From: Macrostomum lignano
Lineage: Eukaryota
Assembly (NCBI GenBank): GCA_002269645.1
Contig: NIVC01002514.1
Span: 64,972-128,971, forward strand
Direction: 5' to 3'
Length of the DNA: 64,000 nucleotides
The position numbers were made by a program, and so were the translations under genes. Positions 12,759 through 24,300 of this stretch are shown here, piece by piece. Each line of letters opens with the position of its first letter. Position 1 is the first letter of the stretch. Below the pieces are notes generated by a model, which saw only the letters and a program-made list of their open reading frames with translations, searched no databases and was not told the origin of the DNA.

Positions 12759-14228
12759 AGACCACAACTGAACTGACAACAGATAATAAAGAAGATTAGC
12801 AGAAGCGGGTCAGTGAAATGAAGCGCCTTGTCTACGCCTTCGGATTGTTGACCGAGTTGAGCAGCTCCTAGATGAACAGAACACCTGGAATAGGTATGGT
12901 AAGCCAGGCCAAGATCCTGTGAAACGTGGATTACTCGTATTTTCATCAGCGTAGCGCAAATGACATTCCGGGGTCAGATGAGTCAGCACTGGGCGAATTC
13001 CTGCCCCCGTGATATGTTCTCTGGCAAGTTCCGAACCGCCGGCATGTCCGCATATCTTCCCAGGCACTTCAAAGTGATTAACTGCTTGTCTAGGCTTTTG
13101 CTTATTGCTCACTAGAAATCATATTCATAATATCAATCCTACGCAGTCCCAAAAATTATCAATGTTCTGAACTACCGTATAATACATTGAATGGATAGAG
13201 TAATTAGATCTAAAAAAGAGAAAACACAAGCATAGAAGTTGCCTAGCTAATTACGACAACGAGTAACTTCATGGTATAAGCTCAAGGTCCTCATCAAAAA
13301 AGGTCCTCACCGCCCCGGCCCTCAGTTTGATCAGTAATGCGCCCCTCTAGTGTAAATGATGGCGCCCCTCTATAGTTAGTGTACGAGCTATATATGACAG
13401 CGCGCCTCTATGTTAAGTATGGCGTTCCTCTCTTACGGTTAAAATCCGCCATCCCTGATTTTATATTTCTAAATCCGCCTCTGAACTGAAGTAGTCAAGC
13501 TAGACGATAAAGAGACCTTCTGTCTTAATTCCAATTGCCAAATTGCTGCAGAGTTTGCCAACACAGAGGGGAGGGCAGTGGTTAGAATTTCTCACTAAAC
13601 TGTTATGGCTAAATGTAGCCTCTCCACTCTCGGGGTGCAGAGAAGGCTATAAAAAAAGTTATTCCAAAACACTGTACGTTGCCATGTCCATTCGGCCCTT
13701 ATCGCCTGACCCTTGGTCTGGTTTCTGGGGAATGAGTGAGTGAGTGGCACAAACAACAGAAAAAGCAGACAAACTTCACATGCTTACAGTTTCTGTTCTG
13801 ATTGGGTTACAGAGTTGAAACTTTACATTTTGACAGAGAATGAGTCAATAAAGAATTGTGTCAAGTTTGAAGTCAATCGCTTTACGTGGAGCAAACTTAT
13901 GGCAGCTGAAAGTTAGTCAATTTTGAAACCCTTTTACACATCTGGGCCCAGATCGGGAGAGAGGCAGGCGAGCGGAGGTTGGGGTGGCTGCCTTGCTGAA
14001 AAAAACAGCAGCCCATTTGCGCGGACTAGTTATTAGTTGTTGTCTTGAAGAAGCCACACACGATGATTGTAGCGATGGTATGCGAGTCTGGCTCGTCTTA
14101 AATATGATCAGCTCTGATCTTTCTCGTTTTATTATCCCCAAGCTCATCGACTTGGATTGCTTCACGACCTGTAGCCATAGCTTTTTATTAGTCTATGGCT
14201 CGACGTGGCTATTCGTACGTAGCAATAA

Positions 14229-17200
14229 TCTTAATACTAAAACTGGTGCGATGTTTGTTTGTGTGTTGCAATTTTTCTCCTAGACTACTGGCAAGTCAGC
14301 GTTGAAACTTATATGGGAAAACTGCAAATTTTCCGGATTGGGTTTATAGCTATTTTACTCTTTCATTTTTACATTTTAAGATCCCTAAAAAAGCAGAAAA
14401 CTGTTTTTTTAACCCTCAATAACCTTCTTTGGCCACTCTGCCTGGGGCTGCAGCCAGTTTGTAAAAATAGCCACCCCAACCTCCGCCCGCGGGTCGCTGT
14501 GTTTTTGGGGGGGGGGTGAGTGCGCGTGTTCCGCGTTCAATGCAAACCCCCCCCGCGTGTTAGGGGTTCAATTAAATTTAACGATTCCCCCGGAATGGGG
14601 GTTGGGCTTGGGCTGAGTGTACATAGAAGTTGTACAGTGTAAGGAGATAGCTAGGACTGTGTCGAGATTTAATTGGTTTTATTATCGGCGCCATTCAATA
14701 GGCAGCCATGTGTATTTGCTGGGCAGTAAAATTCATTGAATAAACTTGCGAGCCTCTTTAGCAGGCAGTGAACGTACACTCGATACTTCAATGCTTTAAA
14801 TCAGGAAATTTCAAACGCTAACTGTTCCTCAAGTTTTACACTTTCAGAGGAGAGACTTACATTGCTGGAAAGATCTTGCAACGCTGAGTTCGGGGATATA
14901 AGTTGTTTGCTTTAAATGTGAAAACAAAAAGCACAGCATTTAAAAAACGATTTCCATACTTTTAACTTTCTGCAGTGTTACTCATTTTGGAGTTCAATGG
15001 GGGTTCGACCAACCCCCGAACAGTTGGTGGGAGGGGAGGGGCGGTTCAACTTTTAATTGCCACTGCGGAAGGGGGTCAGTCGCTGTGTATTGAAGGGTTG
15101 ATTTAGTTTGCGCAATCTTTTTGTTAACTTTTACCGAGACTGATACTGACTGACTGTGAAATCGGTTGCGCATTCAATGAATTTAATTGGTTCAATTTTT
15201 TATCGGCGCCTTTCAACACGCTGCTGCGTTGTAGCTCTAACCCTAACCCTAACCCTAACCACTAAATCCTGAGAGTTGATTCTTTTTGACGGAGAAAATT
15301 TCGATTCAGTCCAGTTTTAAGGAGAGAATTTCTGTTTCGCGGAGACGATTTTGATGGATGTCAGTTTCACGCAGAGGATTTCCATGAAGTCCAGTTTAAC
15401 GGAGAGGATTTCTGTTTCTCGGAGAGGATTTTGATGAATGTCAGTTTCACGGAGAGGTTTTTGATGGAGTTATCTTTTACGGAGAGGATTTCGATGATGT
15501 TCAGTTTCGCGGAGAGGAGTTGGATGATGGGATTCAGGGAATGGCATTTCAGGGAATGGAGTTCCGGTGATGGGAATTCTTCCCCTTTCTCCTCCAGAGG
15601 AGGAGTTGGCCTCGTCTTAATACTAAAAGTGGTGCGATGTTTGTTTGTGTGTTGCAATTTTTCTCCTAGACTACTGGCAAGTCAGCGTTGAAACTTATAT
15701 GGGAAAACTGCAAATTTTCCGGATTGGGTTTATAGCTATTTTACTCTTTCATTTTTACATTTTAAGATCCCTAAAAAAGCAGAAAACTGTTTTTTTAACC
15801 CTCAATAACCTTCTTTGGCCACTCTGCCTGGGGCTGCAGCCAGTTTGTAAAAATAGCCACCCCAACCTCCGCCCGCGGGTCGCTGTGTTTTTGGGGGGGG
15901 GGGTGAGTGCGCGTGTTCCGCGTTCAATGCAAACCCCCCCCGCGTGTTAGGGGTTCAATTAAATTTAACGATTCCCCCGGAATGGGGGGTTGGGCTTGGG
16001 CTGAGTGTACATAGAAGTTGTACAGTGTAAGGAGATAGCTAGGACTGTGTCGAGATTTAATTGGTTTTATTATCGGCGCCATTCAATAGGCAGCCATGTG
16101 TATTTGCTGGGCAGTAAAATTCATTGAATAAACTTGCGAGCCTCTTTAGCAGGCAGTGAACGTACACTCGATACTTCAATGCTTTAAATCAGGAAATTTC
16201 AAACGCTAACTGTTCCTCAAGTTTTACACTTTCAGAGGAGAGACTTACATTGCTGGAAAGATCTTGCAACGCTGAGTTCGGGGATATAAGTTGTTTGCTT
16301 TAAATGTGAAAACAAAAAGCACAGCATTTAAAAAACGATTTCCATACTTTTAACTTTCTGCAGTGTTACTCATTTTGGAGTTCAATGGGGGTTCGACCAA
16401 CCCCGAACAGTTGGTGGGAGGGGAGGGGCGGTTCAACTTTTAATTGCCACTGCGGAAGGGGGTCAGTCGCTGTGTATTGAAGGGTTGATTTAGTTTGCGC
16501 AATCTTTTTGTTAACTTTTACCGAGACTGATACTGACTGACTGTGAAATCGGTTGCGCATTCAATGAATTTAATTGGTTCAATTTTTTATCGGCGCCTTT
16601 CAACACGCTGCTGCGTTGTAGCTCTAACCCTAACCCTAACCCTAACCACTAAATCCTGAGAGTTGATTCTTTTTGACGGAGAAAATTTCGATTCAGTCCA
16701 GTTTTAAGGAGAGAATTTCTGTTTCGCGGAGACGATTTTGATGGATGTCAGTTTCACGCAGAGGATTTCCATGAAGTCCAGTTTAACGGAGAGGATTTCT
16801 GTTTCTCGGAGAGGATTTTGATGAATGTCAGTTTCACGGAGAGGTTTTTGATGGAGTTATCTTTTACGGAGAGGATTTCGATGATGTTCAGTTTCGCGGA
16901 GAGGAGTTGGATGATGGGATTCAGGGAATGGCATTTCAGGGAATGGAGTTCCGGTGATGGGAATTCTTCCCCTTTCTCCTCCAGAGGAGGAGTTGGCCTC
17001 GTCTTAATACTAAAAGTGGTGCGATGTTTGTTTGTGTGTTGCAATTTTTCTCCTAGACTACTGGCAAGTCAGCGTTGAAACTTATATGGGAAAACTGCAA
17101 ATTTTCCGGATTGGGTTTATAGCTATTTTACTCTTTCATTTTTACATTTTAAGATCCCTAAAAAAGCAGAAAACTGTTTTTTTAACCCTCAATAACCTTC

Positions 17201-20200
17201 TTTGGCCACTCTGCCTGGGGCTGCAGCCAGTTTGTAAAAATAGCCACCCCAACCTCCGCCCGCGGGTCGCTGTGTTTTTGGGGGGGGGGTGAGTGCGCGT
17301 GTTCCGCGTTCAATGCAAACCCCCCCCGCGTGTTAGGGGTTCAATTAAATTTAACGATTCCCCCGGAATGGGGGGTTGGGCTTGGGCTGAGTGTACATAG
17401 AAGTTGTACAGTGTAAGGAGATAGCTAGGACTGTGTCGAGATTTAATTGGTTTTATTATCGGCGCCATTCAATAGGCAGCCATGTGTATTTGCTGGGCAG
17501 TAAAATTCATTGAATAAACTTGCGAGCCTCTTTAGCAGGCAGTGAACGTACACTCGATACTTCAATGCTTTAAATCAGGAAATTTCAAACGCTAACTGTT
17601 CCTCAAGTTTTACACTTTCAGAGGAGAGACTTACATTGCTGGAAAGATCTTGCAACGCTGAGTTCGGGGATATAAGTTGTTTGCTTTAAATGTGAAAACA
17701 AAAAGCACAGCATTTAAAAAACGATTTCCATACTTTTAACTTTCTGCAGTGTTACTCATTTTGGAGTTCAATGGGGGTTCGACCAACCCCGAACAGTTGG
17801 TGGGAGGGGAGGGGCGGTTCAACTTTTAATTGCCACTGCGGAAGGGGGTCAGTCGCTGTGTATTGAAGGGTTGATTTAGTTTGCGCAATCTTTTTGTTAA
17901 CTTTTACCGAGACTGATACTGACTGACTGTGAAATCGGTTGCGCATTCAATGAATTTAATTGGTTCAATTTTTTATCGGCGCCTTTCAACACGCTGCTGC
18001 GTTGTAGCTCTAACCCTAACCCTAACCCTAACCACTAAATCCTGAGAGTTGATTCTTTTTGACGGAGAAAATTTCGATTCAGTCCAGTTTTAAGGAGAGA
18101 ATTTCTGTTTCGCGGAGACGATTTTGATGGATGTCAGTTTCACGCAGAGGATTTCCATGAAGTCCAGTTTAACGGAGAGGATTTCTGTTTCTCGGAGAGG
18201 ATTTTGATGAATGTCAGTTTCACGGAGAGGTTTTTGATGGAGTTATCTTTTACGGAGAGGATTTCGATGATGTTCAGTTTCGCGGAGAGGAGTTGGATGA
18301 TGGGATTCAGGGAATGGCATTTCAGGGAATGGAGTTCCGGTGATGGGAATTCTTCCCCTTTCTCCTCCAGAGGAGGAGTTGGCCTCGTCCTAATACTAAA
18401 ACTGACGCGATGTTTGTCTGTCTGTATGTCTGTCTGTCTGTATGTAGCAAGTGAACTCCTACAATTCTGCCAAGTCAGCGTTGAAACTTATTTGGGAAAA
18501 CTGCAAATTTTCCGGAGCAGGCTTTAGGCTATTTTAATTTTTAATTTTCACATTTTAACGTCCCTAAAAAAGCAGAAAACTGCTTTTTTAACCCCCAATA
18601 ACCTTCTTTGGCTACTCTGCCTGGGGCTGAAGCCAGTTTGTAAAAATAGCCACCCCAACCTCCGCCCGCGGGCCGCTGTGTATTGAGGGGTGGTTGGTGC
18701 GAGTGGAAATAAAACCCCCCGCGTGTTGGGGGGTTCAGTTAAATTTAATGCTTCCCCCAGAACGGGGGGTTGGGCTTGGGCTGAGTGTACATAGCAGTTG
18801 TACAGTGTAAACAGATAGATAGGAGTCAGGACTGTGTCGAGATTCAATTGGTTTTATTATTGGCGCCTTTTTTCTCCATAGGCAGCCCTGTGTATTAGTT
18901 TGGCAGTGAAATTCAATGAATTGCGAGCTTCTCTAGCAAGCAGTCGGGAAATCGGTAAATTTCAAACGCTAACTGTTCCTCGAGTTTTAAACTTTGAGAG
19001 GAGAGACTTATATTGCTGGAAAGATCTTGCAACGCTGAGTTCGGGGATATAAATTGTTTGCTTTAAATATGAAAAGAAAAAGCACAGCATTTGAAAAACT
19101 ATTTCCATACTTTTAACTTTCTGCAAAGATTGTACTCAGTTTTGCGAGACGTAATAGATAAAGTTGGGGGAGGGTTCAACTTCTCACTGCTGCTGTGTAT
19201 TGGAGGGTTGATTTAGATTGCGCAATGTTTTTGCTAACTTTAACTGAGACTGATACTGACTGACTGACTGTGAAATCGGTTGCGCAATGAATTGATTCAA
19301 TTAGTTCAATATTTTCATCAGTGCCTTTTAACACGAAGCTAGCTGTGTGTAGTTCTAACCCTAACCCTAACCCTAACCCTAACCAATGAATCCGGAGAGT
19401 TGAGTTGTTTGGCGGAAAAGATTCGATTGAGTCCAGTTTAGCGGAGACGATTTCAATGTTTTAATTTTGACGGAGAGGATTTCTGTTTCGTGGAGAGGAT
19501 TTCGATGGTGTTCAGTTTCACGGAGAGGATTTCGATGATGTTCAGCTTCACGGAGAGGATTTCTGTTTCGCGGAGATAATTTATGATTGAGTTCTGTTTT
19601 ATGGAGACAATTTTGATGGATTTAAGTTTCAAGGAGATGATTTCGAAGGAGTCCAGTTTCACGGAGCGGATTTCGACGGTTTTCAGTTGCACGGACAGGA
19701 TTTCTGCTTCGCGGAGAGCATCTTGATGGATTTGGCATCTTCAATCAGTCAGAGAAGAGAGTAAAGAGAAGAATGAAAAGAGAAGAGAGATTAGATGATA
19801 GAAAACAGAGTAGAAATGAGTGGAGAGATTAGACATGACAGATGGGAGAGAAAAGGGGAGTAAGGCGAGAACGAAGGAGAGAGAAGAGAAGAGGAGAGAG
19901 GAGATGAGATGGGAGATATGAGATAGCAGAGAGAGACAAGAGAGATGATAGGAGAGAGAATAGATGAGGGATAAGAGCGTACAGAGGAAATAGAAGAGAG
20001 GGGAGAGTAGAGGAGAAAGAAAGAGTGAGATGAGGAGATGAGAGATGAGAGAGGAGGGGAGAGAGGAGAGAGAAGAGAGGAGAAAAGAGGGGAGACAGGA
20101 GACAGGAGAGAGTAGAGACAAAAGACCAGGGAGAAGATATAAATAAGGTAGTAGAGATGAGAGGAGAGAGAGGAGAGAGAAGCGAAAGGAGAAGAGAGAG

Positions 20201-20754
20201 AGGAGAGAGGAGAGAGATGAAAGATCAGAGATGAGAGAGTTAAGAGAGGAAAGTAGTGAGGAGAGGAGAGGAGAGATGAGAGATGCGATGAGAAGAGATG
20301 AGTGAGAACATAAGAGAGAAGAGATTAGAGATTAGAGAAGAGAGGGGAGAAGATGAAAGGAGCAGGGAGAGGAAAAAAAGAGAAGTGAGAGAGAGAGGGT
20401 TAAGAGAGACGATAGATAAGTGAGTAGAGATGACATATGAGAGAGGAGAGAAGAAGGAGAGATAAGAGAGAAGAGACGGGACAAGAGACAGGAGAGGGTA
20501 CAGACGAAAGACGAGGGAGAAGAGATAAATAAGGGAGTAGGGGTAGAGATGAGATAAGAGAGAGGAGAGAGAAGAGAGTCAAGAGAGAGGAGAAAAGTTT
20601 TGTAAAGGTCTTTGAAAAGTTTTGTAAAGAATTTGGAGACGATTTGGAAGATAGGGTTCAAAACGTGGAATTTCAGTTGATGGATATTTCAGGGAATGGA
20701 ATTCCGGTGATGGGAGTTCTTCCCCTTTCTTCTCCGAAGGAGGAGTTGGCCTCG
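14229..20754 (+). mobile_element. Head-to-tail array of four non-autonomous Helitron-like units (14229-15614, 15615-17001, 17002-18387, 18388-20754)
   Basis: The array begins A|TC and ends CTCG|T; each unit starts TC(T/C)TAATACTAAAA...GCGATGTTTGT and ends with a 7-bp-stem hairpin (CTCCTCC-AGA-GGAGGAG) 9 nt before the terminus; no TSD. The 3' end CTCG deviates from the canonical CTRR. No Rep/Hel coding sequence. Confidence 0.65.
19745..20600 (+). repeat. Polypurine (GA-rich) low-complexity tract inside Helitron-like unit 4
   Basis: Almost exclusively A/G on the plus strand; absent from units 1-3. Confidence 0.9.
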
Positions 20755-21310
20755 TAATAAATAAAACTCTGCCTTTATACTTAAGGCTAGTATGCAGCAT
20801 TAGTCTTAGTTTTTGATACATGTATTTACTCGTAAAAAAATGCACTAAACACATTGAGACTGCTTGGAGAAGCTGATCTGGTGTATGAGTTTCGCTGATT
20901 TTATTGGTTTCAACTATGTGCATATCGAATACAAATAGTGGTTATAGTGCAAGCTGGTAAGCTGGGTGCTTTTACATATGTTGCTCGCTTGAAGTTTAGT
21001 TCAACTGAAGAAAGAGCGATTCGCTAAGCTACAATATCGAATATATAATAAAAAATAATGCAACTGCTTGGGAACTCTTACTTAGTAGCTAAATGTAAGA
21101 AACGCAAAAAGATTGGCTTGCTTCCTAAAATGCATCGATGCTTAAAAGCACAATGCTACAATATGAATTTGAAATCCTGTGCCGAGTTAAATTCTATTTA
21201 ATTAACTACACTTGCTAACCAAATTAAAGAACTAAAGTACTGTCACGCTGCTGTGGATCATTTGTCGACTTCTGAGCAGCATCTGTGGAGTTCCTTAACT
21301 AAACGCAGGA

Positions 21311-24300
21311 TCAAGCTGTTGATCTCAGGCGGAAGTACGCTATTTCAGATGCTCCACCGCAAAATTCTATGAGATTTCCTAGGCATCGGAGCGAGCAACT
21401 TGTATTGGCCACCAATTTTAATGAACCTCCTGGTACTCTCTTTTCAGGCAAGTCCTCAGCACACATGCATTTGTTACCATTACCGATGGCGAAGTATTTC
21501 AATTTGCTGTAGAGATCACGCCTTATACACTCGGTAGCGCAAATCAGGTGTGAGCCGTGCGACATCTCTTTGATGGCTATCGATTCGTACTCGGCCTCAT
21601 AAAAGTCATTATATGCCATGTAGCATGCCTCCATAGAACCTGAAGCATTAATTAACACCAAGTGAGCAGATATACACAAACTAATGGTCATATTTTCAAT
21701 AAAATCATGCAGAAATATCCAACAGATCATGCATCAAAATGAACTCAAATTGTTACTCACTTGGAAGAACTGGATAGACCTTCGCTCCCTGCTTGAATTT
21801 ATCTAAATGGGAAAATTGTTGGGGTTGGAATCGGTAGAGAGCATTTTACATCAGCTTGAGCAGATTTCCAGATTAAATGGAGATAAAATGAGGGAGGAGA
21901 GCAGCTCAACTGGAAGCATTGCAAGACTCGTGAGAAGAATTGAAGTCTCATTGGAGAATCGTATACAATGGTAAGATGTGAACAAAGGCAAATTTCCAAA
22001 AATGAATACTCGCCTGTTTTCGGAGGAGTAAGTGTTGAACTAAGGCGAAAATATGCCAGATTATATAGACCACCGCACGATTCCCTGTGATTTCCTGGGC
22101 ATCGGAGCGAGCAACTTGTATTGGCCACCAATTTTAATGAACCTCCTGGTACTCTCTTTTCAGGCAAGTCCTCAGCACACATGCATTTGTTACCATTACC
22201 GATGGCGAAGTATTTCAATTTGCTGTAGAGATCACGCCTTATACACTCGGTAGCGCAAATCAGGTGTGAGCCGTGCGACATCTCTTTGATGGCTATCGAT
22301 TCGTACTCGGCCTCATAAAAGTCACTATATGCCATGTAGCATGCCTCCATAGAACCTGAAGCATTAATTAACACCAAGTGAGCAGATATACACAAACTAA
22401 TGGTCATATTTTCAATAAAATCATGCAGAAATATCCAACAGATCATGCATCAAAATGAACTCAAATTGTTACTCACTTGGAAGAACTGGATAGACCTTCG
22501 CTCCCTGCTTGAATTTATCTAAATGGGAAAATTGTAGGGGTTGGAATCGGTAGAGAGCATTTTACATCAGCTTGAGCAGATTTCCAGATTAAATGGAGAT
22601 AAAATGAGGGAGGAGAGCAGCTCAACTGGAAGCATTGCAAGACTCGTGAGAAGAATTGAAGTCTCATTGGAGAATCGTATACAATGGTAAGATGTGAACA
22701 AAGGCAAATTTCCAAAAATGAATACTCGCCTGTTTTCGGAGGAGTAAGTGTTGAACTAAGGCGAAAATATGCCAGATTATATAGACCACCGCACGATTCC
22801 CTGTGATTTCCTGGGCATCGGAGCGAGCAACTTGTATTGGCCACCAATTTTAATGAACCTCCTGGTACTCTCTTTTCAGGCAAGTCCTCAGCACACATGC
22901 ATTTGTTACCATTACCGATGGCGAAGTATTTCAATTTGCTGTAGAGATCACGCCTTATACACTCGGTAGCGCAAATCAGGTGTGAGCCGTGCGACATCTC
23001 TTTGATGGCTATCGATTCGTACTCGGCCTCATAAAAGTCATTATATGCCATGTAGCATGCCTCCATAGAACCTGAAGCATTAATTAACACCAAGTGAGCA
23101 GATATACACAAACTAATGGTCATATTTTCAATAAAATCATGCAGAAATATCCAACAGATCATGCATCAAAATGAACTCAAATTGTTACTCACTTGGAAGA
23201 ACTGGATAGACCTTCGCTCCCTGCTTGAATTTATCTAAATGGGAAAATTGTTGGGGTTGGAATCGGTAGAGAGCATTTTACATCAGCTTGAGCAGATTTC
23301 CAGATTAAATGGAGATAAAATGAGGGAGGAGAGCAGCTCAACTGGAAGCATTGCAAGACTCGTGAGAAGAATTGAAGTCTCATTGGAGAATCGTATACAA
23401 TGGTAAGATGTGAACAAAGGCAAATTTCCAAAAATGAATACTCGCCTGTTTTCGGAGGAGTAAGTGTTGAACTAAGGCGAAAATATGCCAGATTATATAG
23501 ACCACCGCACGATTCCCTGTGATTTCCTGGGCATCGGAGCGAGCAACTTGTATTGGCCACCAATTTTAATGAACCTCCTGGTACTCTCTTTTCAGGCAAG
23601 TCCTCAGCACACATGCATTTGTTACCATTACCGATGGCGAAGTATTTCAATTTGCTGTAGAGATCACGCCTTATACACTCGGTAGCGCAAATCAGGTGTG
23701 AGCCGTGCGACATCTCTTTGATGGCTATCGATTCGTACTCGGCCTCATAAAAGTCACTATATGCCATGTAGCATGCCTCCATAGAACCTGAAGCATTAAT
23801 TAACACCAAGTGAGCAGATATACACAAACTAATGGTCATATTTTCAATAAAATCATGCAGAAATATCCAACAGATCATGCATCAAAATGAACTCAAATTG
23901 TTACTCACTTGGAAGAACTGGATAGACCTTCGCTCCCTGCTTGAATTTATCTAAATGGGAAAATTGTAGGGGTTGGAATCGGTAGAGAGCATTTTACATC
24001 AGCTTGAGCAGATTTCCAGATTAAATGGAGATAAAATGAGGGAGGAGAGCAGCTCAACTGGAAGCATTGCAAGACTCGTGAGAAGAATTGAAGTCTCATT
24101 GGAGAATCGTATACAATGGTAAGATGTGAACAAAGGCAAATTTCCAAAAATGAATACTCGCCTGTTTTCGGAGGAGTAAGTGTTGAACTAAGGCGAAAAT
24201 ATGCCAGATTATATAGACCACCGCACGATTCCCTGTGATTTCCTGGGCATCGGAGCGAGCAACTTGTATTGGCCACCAATTTTAATGAACCTCCTGGTAC

